Origin: Cycas panzhihuaensis
Lineage: Eukaryota > Plantae > Cycadophyta
Direction: 5' to 3'
Assembly: GCA_023213395.1 (NCBI GenBank)
Contig: CM041465.1
Span: forward strand, 52,211,741 to 52,275,740
Length of the DNA: 64,000 nucleotides
Part shown: positions 52,761 to 64,000 of the stretch, one piece after another
Position numbering within the stretch: position 1 is the stretch's first letter
Layout of the letters: each line of letters starts with the position of its first letter
Notes under the pieces: generated by a model
The model's input: only the letters and a program-made list of their open reading frames with translations
What the model was told of the DNA's origin: nothing
Databases searched by the model: none
Program-made: the position numbers and the translations under genes

Positions 52761-54498
52761 GATGTAAAATTATATAATAAATAAATAAATGGTAAAAACC
52801 ATTGAATATCATATTTGTTTAACCATTATACTATCACCAAACTCTTGTCTCCTATAGAATGTTGATCCAATGATTGGATCTCTTGTAATGCTCTAAGTTG
52901 AGCTTTGGTGGCACCTTAATTCCAACTCTCTACCTGAATAAATGATCTTAATTTTTAATTAAGTTAGAAGATAAGCCTTGTTATTAGGGTGACACACTTT
53001 CTAATATCACCCTATCCATCACCCAATACCTTCTCATTTGTGATAAGCACAAGAACGCTTTTGCCTAAATCTTAGAAAACCTTTACTTATTGAGTTTCTT
53101 CTCACTATGAGGTAGTAACTTTTCAAACCTAAAAATGGACTTTCTTGGAATATATTTGTGTTTATAGTCAAATGAGTCTATTTTCCATCAAATGAACCAA
53201 TCTTGTTAGCTTTTTGGACCCTAGTGGTCCTTGCTATAATATATCCCCCCAAGGGTCTGTGTTCTTACTTACTCAAAGAATGTAGAATGGTTATTTGGGA
53301 GACTAAACTATGGTGATCACACCTCCAAAAATCAACCATTGATGAGGTTAAACTATAGTGTGTCCATTTCAATAGATAGGCAATTTGAACTTGTATCCAA
53401 AAAATTAAGGATACTAAAAAATAATAAATATAACAAAAATCCCTAAAAAATAAGTAATTATCTCACAAAGTTAGTTTGAGTCTAGTAGATAGCATTAAGT
53501 CAAACTTTCACATTAACTTCATCTTATCATTATATTTATCCTTCTCTTGTTAATCATAACCTCATCCTTTTAAGAAACTCAATAAATAAATTAGGTAGCT
53601 TAAGTTCTCAAACAACTCCTCTTAGACAAGGTTGGCAATGCTTTCCATCTTGCTTTAACCTATTCATAGAGCTTTTGTTATTAAGGGGGTAAATGTTTCA
53701 CCCTATATAATTTCTTTTGACATTTTTAAAGTCTCATGATTTATCTCATTTGCTATTGGGATTTGACTGGGTGTCTACAATGATTAAGTAGATTAATCAA
53801 CACGATGATTAGATGATTTATTATTGTGATTATACTTATGCCTCTTTTAAATCACAACCTATGATATGTAAATCTTATTCCTAAGTGCAAATGATTTAAG
53901 TATCATAAGTATCATAAGTGAGCCTCAATTTCTATAGCTTTGGATTCCATTTTCAAGAACTTTTTAGTGCTTCTTTTGTTAAGTTATTTATGAGTATCTA
54001 CATGTTCCTTATGTTACTAATCACTCGCCATCTCCAAAGTAGTTGGTAGTGACTCTCTTAATTTACTTCTGGTAGTATTGGATAACTCACTTAAGATTTT
54101 GGGTGATAGGGAATCTAATTGTGTTTTCCTCCTTTTTGATACCTATTGTTGCATCTTTGGATTATTTACTTCAAGGAGAAGCTTTAGTGATAAACTATCC
54201 ATTGTAGACGATTATGGACACTAAGATGAAAAGCCATTTTTAAATTCTATTTCAACTTTCTCTCAAGGTCTTATAATACTGATAGGCTAAATTGTTAAAA
54301 TTTCTCTTCAATTTAGTGAGTTTACCCTTAGCAGAACTTTTATGTTGATCTGTTGGACTTATACTTCTAAGAGAATCTAATATGAAGCTATCACCTATCC
54401 TTACCCTTGTTTCTACCCCTTTATTCTTCATTCATTTATATCATCTACTCCCTTATATATAGAATACCTCAGAAGTAATATGATTAGCTTCTATATTA

Positions 54499-54726
54499 TG
54501 TAAGACATAATAATATAATGATTATAACATTTAAGGTATTAGGTAAAAGTGGCTAACACCTTATAATAAAAGCACATCATAAATAGTTAACTATTCTAAG
54601 AAACATAAAACTAATGTAATATGACATGATCTTCCACCTCACATAGGGTGAACAAGAAAAAATGCTGCACTCTTATATTTGGTGGAGTATGGAGTAGGCT
54701 GCCACCTTATATAGGATGAATAAGAC
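54499..54726. repeat. probable LTR terminus interrupted by Copia E
   Basis: Starts TGTAAGAC with an abrupt composition change; cut by the LTR at 54727. Confidence 0.4.
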
Positions 54727-57700
54727 TATTACAAAATATAAATGAATGCATACATGTTTATATCTATAGAATCTTTTACCATATATAATAAACAAATAAG
54801 ATAAACATAGAAAATAGTTACACAGTACATAGGATTTATATGGGAAACACTTTTTGGAAAAATCCTACTGCAAAGATCTATCAATCATATTGATTTCCAC
54901 TTGATTAATATGAATATATAAGGGTTTTAGGATATTTATAATCCTTCCAAGTGGTGTCATCCAAAAAGTGTTATGACTCTCTACATAACTTACACCATTT
55001 CATTAATCACATTAGTTAAACCACCATATTAACATTAATAAGTGGCTTAACAAATAATTACCATACTAATATCCACCTTTAATATGAATGTGGGGAACTT
55101 GTAACTTGCAATAGTTGAGTTATCACAAAGGATGGGATTATCCTACTTCTTTATCCTTGTTGATACAGCCCCCCTTTGGGATAACGTATGTGAGTGCTAA
55201 TTTGCTATACATCTTTGTTAATTGATCTTTAGTAAGTGCTTTGATAAAGACGTCTATAAGCTAATATTCACTTAGATAATATTCAACCTAGAGCTTCCTT
55301 GACTTGATATATTCATAGATGTAATGGTGTTGTATCTTAATGCACTTCGTATGAGTATAAAACTCTAGATTCTTTGATAAGTGACTAGTGCTCTAATTAT
55401 CAACAAAAGTAATTAGACTTCCATTTAAAACTCCAAGAACTTCCAAGAGACCTTGAAACCATACAACTTCTTTAGCATTAACCCTAAGTCCTTGATATTC
55501 CATCTTTATAGAGGATAATACCATTATTTATTACTTCTTTAATTGCCATGAAATAAATTCAATATCAACACCAAAGATGTATCCAATAGTGAATTTTCAA
55601 TCATTAGAGTCTCCTCCCTAATCAATATTAGTATAGCCATATAACTTTATATCTTCACCATAAAGGTATTCAAGACAAAAATTAAGTGTCCCCTTCAAGT
55701 ACTTCAAAATCTACTTCACTGCAACCCAATATAGTTCTTACAAATTCTATATATATTAGGAAAACAATCTAATAACATAGGTGATATCTAATTTGGTATG
55801 AGTTAAATAGATTAGACTCCCTACCAACTGATGGTATAATATTCCATCTACAGAGGAATTGGCTATATCTTTCTACAACTTTATGCCCTTAGCACATAGC
55901 ATTACAACCATCTTACAATCTTGCATCCTAAACTTTTCTAGTAGGTTTTTCACATATTATGTCTAGAATAACATAGTTTGATCTTTCATTTGCCTAAGTT
56001 CAATGCCCAATAAGTAATGCAGTAGCCTAGGGTCTATCATATCAAAGGTAGCTCCTATATTTGACTTAACTTTGATAATAGTCTTATTATATCTACCTTT
56101 GATGAGTAAATCATCTACATATAATGTAATAACTACTATTGAGGTCTTACTCCTTTTTAGATACAAATTTAGGTCTAGATCTGTAATAATAAATCCTTCT
56201 TCCTTTAACTTGGCATCAATCTTTTCATACCAAGCATGGGATGATTATTTCAGGCTATAGAGTGACTTCTTCAATTAGTACATAATATGATCTTAGTCTT
56301 TCTTAATTAATATTAGAGGCTGTGTCATGTAAATCTCCTCCTTTAGATCTCCCTTAAGAAATACAGACTCAATATCCATTTAGTGTAACTCCCAACTATA
56401 TGTAACTACTAAGGAAATAATCAAGTAGACCTTCACTATCTTAGAGACTAGTGTAAATGTCTCTTCATAATCAATTACTTCCGTTTGCTTAAACCCTTAA
56501 GCAACAAGCCTAGCCTTATATTTATCCACCTCTCCATTAGAGTGAAAATTTATCTTATAGACCTAATAAGGTTCTTTTTCAGAGGCACCAAAACTAAATC
56601 CCATGTGGCATTCTTCATAATTAAGCCATACTCCTCCTCTATTATAACTCTCCATCATGGATCATTTTTCACTTTGTTATATGAAATAAGATCATTGGAA
56701 TTACTGGTGTCTTCCAGAAAAGTCAGACTATCATGTTGGCTTCATGTTATTATGACATTGGTAAGGTTGACCATTCCAGAATCCTCTATTGTCTTACTTA
56801 CCCATAATAATATATAAGGACTTGGTGCTATAGGTATTTCTTTATGTGATGGATTCTCACTATTACTCTTTCCACTAAGTCTAACTTCCTCTTGAATTTT
56901 AGTGACTAACTTATTATTTTATTTAACTATTGAATTTAAAAATGAAAGTAGTGGGGGGCAAAAAGACTCTTCTAATGACTTCTTAATATGATATGTCAAT
57001 GACTCATCAAAATTAACATATTGACTAATCACAATTCTTCTCCCCTATAGATTCCACAATATGTAAACTTTATTCTAATTAGATACTCCATGAATATGCA
57101 TTTTAAACTCTTGTGATCTAATTTCTTATGACCTTTGTCTAGGATGTATGCATATCTAATGCATAAAAATGTTTTAAAATGACCAATGATAGGTTTATAA
57201 CTAGGCCATTTCTCTTTGAGGGTCATGCTTCAAACTACTTAAGTGGGTACACTATTCAAAATGTAAATAATAATTTCAATAGCTTCTACCTAAAACATTG
57301 GTGGAAAGTTTTTCAAATACACCATACACCTTGCTATCTCTATCATGGTATGATTTTTTCTCTCTATAATAGCATTTTGTTATGGGATATATAGGATAAT
57401 AAACTTCCATTTTATACGATGATCATAGTAGAACTAATTAAATGCATGATTGTTATATTTCTTATCATCATCACTCCTTAATATTTTAAACTTTTTATCA
57501 CTTTCAGTTTTAACACTTACTTTCCACTCATGGAAGTGATCAAATATCTCTAATTTATTTTTTAGAAATATATACTAGCCTTCTTGGTATAGTTATCTAT
57601 AAATACTAAGGTATATCAAGATCCTAATATTAAAGGGTTCAAGAGTGGTCCCATCACATCTATATACATAAGCTCAAGCTTCTTCTTAGCTCTCTAGGCA

Positions 57701-59710
57701 TTATTCTAAGTAAAATGATTGTGATGATACTTCCATATATACACCCTTCACACATACCATCTGAACATGAAATAAATAGTAATCCTTCTACTATTTTCAA
57801 CCTTTTTAGAGGTGTGATACTTCTATAATTAAGGTAACTTAGATGATCATGCCATAGCTTACTTACATCATCTCTACTAATAATAAAAGTATAGGACTTC
57901 TTATAAGATTTAAACTTTTCAAACACCCAAAAATTATCTCTAACCTTCCCAGTAGTAATGACAAAGAAAATTCTTTTAGGATCTTTAATTAAACATCTCT
58001 CTTTATAAAGTTCAACCAACATTTCTTATTTATACTTTTCTTAGGCTAAAAGTAAATTCAACTATATCTTAGGTACACAATAGACCCTTTTAAACTTACC
58101 ACCTACGAAGGATATATTGCTAACACCTTCAACTAATAACACATGATCATCTCCAAGGATAATCTCATCATTATTATGATATGCACTCTATGTATCTTTC
58201 CTTTTTTCTAGAAAGAGATGTGCTTCTATACTCTAGAGTCTAATATCTAATAGTCTCTCTGAGTTAACTTGGCTAACATGGTTAACACTTTGATATATTA
58301 TGTTGCTATGCTCTTCCCTTTATCATCTTAGCTAACTTTCCATTAATCTTGTCTTTTTAACTAATAGTTCTTTCCTTTGTGGCCTTCCTTTCTTGTAATA
58401 ATTATATTTCCTATGAATTTCTTCTTGTCTTGAGACTCTTCCCTAGAACTTTATGTGAAATTCTCCTCTTAAACAACCTATGTCCTCTACATCTTTATGA
58501 CTAAGGTATAACTTAACTTGGAACCTCTAAACATCTCATGATGTTTTAACTAAGCATCCTTTACTAAAATAAGATTATTTATACCATTAAACATTTCTCC
58601 CTCCATCACCTCATCTCTGCCATAGATGGTTTAGAAAGTGGAAAAAGTATCTAGTAATTTTAACATGATTATCATAAATAATAGCATATCATCAATTAAA
58701 TTTACCTTCAACTCTTCTAGATTGTTCTTTAAGTTAGTAAATTTATTTAGGTAGGTGTTTGCCTAGATTTCATCTAGCTGATCTAGGTTATGAACCAATG
58801 CCCTTTAGTCTAGTGCTAGTAATAATTTTAATAATCTGATGGCTATAAATTGCTTGTCCTAAAGTCGTACACGTTCTTTATGGTCAAGTAGAGCCACATC
58901 TACTTTTACCTTAATTATCACCCATAGTTGATTCATCATTAATATTAACTTTATATCAACCTTCCCCTCACCAATGTTATTACCATTAAAGATAACTTTG
59001 GGTATCAAATGATCCATCTCAAGAAATAGAATTCAAAATAAGTTAATATCACTTGACTACTAGACTTATAGTCTTCTAGACAATATGACTTTATTGTGAT
59101 TACCTCCTTCTTAGGCACACTCACTAGAGCGTATTGAAAAATGTTTATGCAAGATAAACCACCTACCAACTATACACCCCTCATCAATAGGCTTAATTTT
59201 TTTTTTTTAATGCTCAAGAAAAGACTAAAAAATGACTTTAAAAACTTCAAAATGTGCTTTATCTAGAAGAGAACATCATATAACAGTGGGTGTATGGTCC
59301 TCCAAGTCAAAACTTAATAAAAAATAGCTCAAAAATGATCTCAAAATAACCTCACAAAGGTTTACATATTAATGATATAAAAAATCAATGGTATATAAGG
59401 TTTTTATAAAGTTAACTTTATGTGGAATGTGCCAAAAGGCATATTCCTAAAGGGTTATAGCTATTTATAAGGGTCACACACTTTATAACTTATTGTGCAT
59501 GCTTAAAAATAAAATAAAACATGTAATATTTATTAAATAAGGTTAAATTATAAAAATTATATTAATTATCTTCCATTTGATATCTCCTTAGTCAATTTAT
59601 ATGTCTTATTAAGGTACAAATATTGCACATCCTACATAGGCCCACTAAGCTCCAATGAACTCCAAAACATCATGTGACTAGTAAGATCATACCTGACATA
59701 GTCTAACTAA
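54727..59710 (-). mobile_element. Ty1/Copia element E (B-related family); 5' LTR beyond nested insertions or outside window
   Basis: 3' LTR ~54727-55071 similar to B/C LTRs, PPT 55072-55083, 3' UTR shared with B and C. Confidence 0.88.
55215..59040 (-). pseudogene. gag-pol: Copia E gag-pol remnant
   Basis: LWHDHLSYLNY...CEGCIYG, KKLDHKSLKCIF, LYVDDLLI, LYHQLVGSLIYLTHT; colinear with Copia B. Confidence 0.9.
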
Positions 59711-60025
59711 TGAAGGATGTGAAAGCATGGAGATAGAGTGAAGCAATAAGTAAATAATCAATCCATTGTACAATATGAGCATAAACAAAATATCTTTATT
59801 CAAGCTATGTTTGAGAGTGTGTACACATTTACAAATGGAGGTGGTGTCTAAAGACACTAGGGTTTATCACCCCAGTAAATATATAGTTTGAAGGAGGAGG
59901 GAAACCTCGTCAACCTCCAAAATTCAAACAATATTAAAATAATTCTTAACTAAAGTTATACTTAATCTTACCTTATTTACCTTCACATGTGTACACTCAT
60001 ATGTATAAATAGTGGGAGTAGGGTG
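59711..60025 (-). repeat. family 'X' LTR in leader of Copia E, interrupted at 60026
   Basis: Shares GAGGTGGTGT..ACAC.AGGG..ACCC..TTGAAGGAGGAGG.AAACCTC.TCAACCTCCAA with 27193-27275. Confidence 0.75.
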
Positions 60026-60489
60026 TGTTAGATATTAATATGGAAAGTATCAAACTCCACATATGACATAAGATCAATAACCAAACATAACCTTTACTTA
60101 ATTAACATAAGCATAACTCTAATACATCAAGGACTCAATATGAGTCTCTATGATGACTTGTTTTTCATATACCACCACAACCACTTTTATATACTAAGTG
60201 GGTGGGAGATCACACTATACATCTAATGCATGTGGTATTGTTATCTTTACTCTAACTAATGACATTACACTACTAATTTCACCAATGACAAATGACTCTT
60301 ACCCTCTAATACTTGAGACTATTGACCCTAAGACTCACATAACATAAAATATTATATTCTAACACCGCCCCTTAATGTTTAATATTTGAACTAATGACAA
60401 TTTGACATGACTAACACATATTAATATAGGGCTTAACATGAAACTAAAGATAATATGACAAAACTGACATAGAACTTGACTCTAAAACA

Positions 60490-61804
60490 TTATTCAAACT
60501 TCCATCTCCTGAGCTTTGGAATTTTCTCAAAGATGATGTCTTGAACTTCATCATTATCCAATATACTGTAAAACATGTATGCTTTGTTTTCTATATTGCC
60601 TCTTGATTCCTATTTGATGGATCTTCTTGTGTACTCTTGGTGAAGGTGTGGTCATCCTAGAATAAGTATGAAATAGATTGACTTCTCTTTATCTATTTCT
60701 AAGCCTTCTGAGCTGATTAATTTTTCAATCCATTGGTCACCTCCTTGAAATGAAATAAGCAATAATGATTCATTTCTAAATTTTCCTTGAATAAGATACT
60801 TTGTTCCTTTCATGTTATCCAAGAACTTTATAGTGCCAAAAGTGATGAGGGTCTTTATTATGGTCATATGCACATATTTCCCTATTACTGCTACACAAAT
60901 GTGAAATATTATCTTGATATGGTTGAGCTCCGAGACCAAGTATCCTACCTAAAACATGTAGTAATCTTGATGCATAAGATTTTGATTATAAGATATTCTT
61001 CTCATGTTCCTTCTTTCTAATGTCCTTGTAGGGTATGTTGCTATAATTTAAATTTTCTTAAAGATAAACACAGAATATGTGGTTGAATTGAGTACAATAA
61101 TGCATAGTCTCCAATAAGTGCATATTAATGTGTATCTTGTCATCATTTGAATCCTGGCTACATATCTGTCAATATAAACCATGATGATATTGCCCATGCT
61201 TTTTGTCAAGAGACATATACCTTCATTAAGTATTACCTGTAGAAATTAAGATTCAAGTTCTTCAAGTTCCACTTTACTATCATTCCTAGATGTGGGATTT
61301 CCTGTAATCCTGGTGAGGCTCATATTATTTGATAGATTTACATCTTTATTGTCTTCATTAGATTTTAACTTTTCATTTGTTAAATCTTCAGGTGGGTTGG
61401 CCTTACCAGAATCAATTTATCTTTTACCTTTCCTTTTCAACTTCTTCTTTTCATTCTTTGCCCTTTTCATCCTTTGTTACACTTCTTCTGGTCCTTTTTC
61501 ATGTACTTCTGTCAGCAATTTCTAGGCATCCTTAGTTGAGTTGGTATTTTCCAGAACCTGGACAATGAAGTGGTAGGAAGAAGGAAGGTTACCCTTATCA
61601 AGGGCTGTAAGTATTATGTCAATAACAATTCTATTTTTCCTTTTAAAAAATTTCTCCCCTTCTTCGTGAGCCACTTCAGTTTCCATGACTGTTTTCCAAA
61701 GTTTCTTCAATACAAATAGCCTCTCTATCTTAATTTTCCAAAAAAAAAATTAGTTCCAATATATTTGGGCAAAGAAAAGGGGAGATCTGATAGCCAATAT
61801 TCAT
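60490..61804 (-). pseudogene. gag: mini-Gag ORF remnant (~438 codons)
   Basis: LPKYIGTN/FFWKIKIERLFVLKKLWK...LDKGNLPSSYHFIV...STKDA*KLL. ORFs 61522-61710 and 60652-60939 share the frame; ends DEVQDIIFEKIPKLRRWKFE*. Confidence 0.8.
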
Positions 61805-63525
61805 TTCTTTTAGGCATAAAATTGATAAAGTCACTTAGCTCCATGAGGAAAAGATTGACTTAAGTGCAACTACTTTGCCCAGTCCAGAAGTAGATCAACA
61901 ACAAATACTCTATGATCCCAATGTTGCTAACTATTTTAAAAATAGATACCTGAGAGTAATGCACAATATTTTGCCCCAACACTAATTTTTTACAGTTCCT
62001 ATGCACAGAATAAAAATAGACATATTAGTCAGAATATGATCCTTGCTTTCAGCAAACCCATAAAAAGGAGTTGATCATTAGAAATAGAGGTTGCCCTTGG
62101 TGTCGCAACTTTCCATTTGCAGACTCAGTGATATTGTGCACAACTGGCAGTGAATAAGTAAACAACAATCTTCAAATAGCACGATGAATAAGCAAACAAC
62201 ACTCTTCAGACAGTAGTCTTCAATGGAATATAAGATCTATGTTCAAAATCTCCCATGTAACAAGATATCTCTTTCAAACTGAGAAACATTATAGGATTCT
62301 TTCTTTTCACAAAAATCTTTATTAAATATTGAAACAAAACCTCTTGCTCAAACTTATGAATGTCACTAAATACAATCCACTCTCTATAATGAGTTTAAAT
62401 TTACTTAAACCAAAGGTCCCCTTGAAATGAGGAAGATAACAAAATAGAAATAATATTTGAATTTGGATTCAGTGATGAAGCAAGATGTTCTAACACTGGA
62501 TACAAGCAATCTATTCTCAAAATCATCTTTCAACAACAATGTAAATGTGCTTATTTTTCAATTCAAGGAAGCCTTCCCAATACTATTTACTCACAAAAAC
62601 CCCACTTAACGCCAGAATAAGGATTTTTCCTCCAGCCTACATAGCTTGCAGCTCTTACATAATTAATTAAAATCCATTCTTCAAGTTCATAAATTTATAG
62701 AATGCAACAAAACCCTACTTGGTCATAGCTAGCTAATGATCTTAATTGTTTCCAGAGTGCAATATATGGTCAAAAATCTTAGGCCAAAGAACAATTAAAT
62801 TATGGTTTCCCCTCAAGCTAAGAAGGCTCGATCTACCCATTCCATTCTTATTGCTCCGAAATATAATAATAGCTTTATTCCATAAAACTTAAAACTATTC
62901 AATATATACAAGAACCTCGTGTTCTATTTTCTGTACCAAACTAAAAACTTCTTAACCAAAGAATGCCGCAGACTGCAGTATTCTCCTAAATGGTACTAAG
63001 GTCAAGAAGCTCCTTAAGCTAGTTCAGTGCGAGTGACACAATCATTCATTTTCAACTTGAGAGACTAGAAGATGCCTCCTTACTAAAAACCACTATATCA
63101 AATAAAATTTTTCTTCAAAGCAACATTTTCTTAGGATTCTTATTCACATAAGGAAATTGAGCTCATTTTCTTTCAAAGTCTATGTCTAACAACCAATATA
63201 TAGCATCAAAGTGTACCATATTCCACCATAGAGCGTCGTCGAATTTCTCTTTCCACTATGGAACATGGGCATTTACTTCGTGGAAGATGTCTCTGGGATC
63301 AAAGGTCTAGAAGCTCCCATGCGTCTGGCCTATAGAAGCTCCCATGCATCTGGTCTAAAGCATGAGACCAATAAATTTCCCTTCTGGCTCAGCTTAAAAA
63401 GCTAGGAGCTCAATTGCTTTCATGCAATCCACAACTTACCCTCTAAATGTTTATCCTCAGGATCTCATTAGATTGCTGTCTTGTTCGTTTCTTTTGCAGG
63501 TAGACAATTAGGTTGTATAACTGAG

Positions 63526-63836
63526 TCACTTCATGTACATTTCAAATCTATCATCCTCACAATGAAAAAGACTTTCCTCATATTGATTCTTTGGCATATT
63601 TTTGAAGGAGTAATCCTCACTACTAGATGTCACTGATATCCAATCTTCATTCAATACCTTTGTTCCAAGGCCAGTGCAATAACTAGCACAACTTTTAGAT
63701 GATTCTTTATACAACATTCACAATTGGATATGTCCAACTCAGAAATTGGCTTGTTCATACACTTTTCTTTGTTTGAAGGTAGGGAAACCTTGTGAAATTT
63801 TTTCCCAAACATTGAAGAACACACTCATTCTCCCTT
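63526..63836 (-). pseudogene. SNL: captured Sin3-like (SNL) histone-deacetylase-interacting domain fragment, N-terminal segment
   Basis: [27 protein letters not shown]...KNH../[50 protein letters not shown] vs plant SNL KPIxELDLSNCExCTPSYRLLPKNYP..[50 protein letters not shown]. Confidence 0.93.
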
Positions 63837-64000
63837 TTTGATGCTCAAATTTCTTCGCTCTTCTTGCTTAAAATAGAAGTTACAATGAGCAAGAGACTTA
63901 TGATAGTTCTTTGCATAAACCTTAGCCCACACTTTATTCCTGTTAGCACGACACCTGGATGATTCTTCTTGTTTTTGTTGCAAACGAGCCAATATCATAG
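63837..64000 (-). pseudogene. SNL: captured Sin3-like (SNL) fragment, downstream segment (cut by window edge)
   Basis: [54 protein letters not shown] vs SNL [54 protein letters not shown]. Confidence 0.92.

Larger units (their letters stand above)
32115..53700 (+). mobile_element. Internal region of large Ogre/Tat-like Ty3/Gypsy element (boundaries approximate); its 5' LTR is probably the fragmented 616-1558 + 10166-10798 + 31275-32115
   Basis: gag-PR-RT-RH-IN remnants in Gypsy order, long 5' and 3' regions, 3' tandem array and antisense PMD-like ORF; possible PBS TGGTCATGAGGGAC at 32121. Confidence 0.6.
60026..64000 (-). mobile_element. mini-Gag non-autonomous LTR element (3' LTR 60026-60364, PPT 60365-60376), running off the right edge
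   Basis: TGTTAGA...TTCTAACA LTR, PPT, Gag-only ORF, long leader; less decayed than neighbours. Confidence 0.8.

Noticed and set aside
63308-63358. 25-bp direct duplication (similar small ones at ~51510 and ~51930)
   Set aside because: Ordinary slippage duplications with no further structure
63526-64000. Functional Sin3-like host exon
   Set aside because: In-frame stop, 7-codon deletion, frameshift, loss of conserved residues and permuted order

Overview
AT-rich, CpG-depleted plant repeat DNA made almost entirely of old, nested, C>T/G>A-decayed LTR retrotransposons. I see no intact host gene, RNA gene or CRISPR array. The backbone is a + strand Ogre/Tat-like Ty3/Gypsy element (gag-pol remnant ~41.6-47.6 kb) with an in-frame 390-bp triplication of the RT core, a 29-bp array and an antisense PMD-like ORF. 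Five - strand Ty1/Copia elements (1559-10165, 10799-31274, 12419-19647, 34116-41542, 54727->59710), two solo LTRs, a gag-protease-only chromovirus derivative (5345-9377) and several non-autonomous 'mini-Gag' elements are inserted up to three levels deep. Most notable: (i) LTR-element leaders carry captured, apparently spliced host cDNA pieces, namely a basal-body-type centrin and a Rab2/RabB fragment (40.2-40.5 kb) and a Sin3-like HDAC-interaction domain in permuted order (63.5-64.0 kb); (ii) three elements with different LTRs share one single-frame ORF design of identically truncated Gag N-terminus, variable tail and conserved basic C-terminus. The centrin type and element repertoire suggest a gymnosperm with flagellated sperm (cycad/Ginkgo); this is inference. 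All alignments and translations were done by eye.
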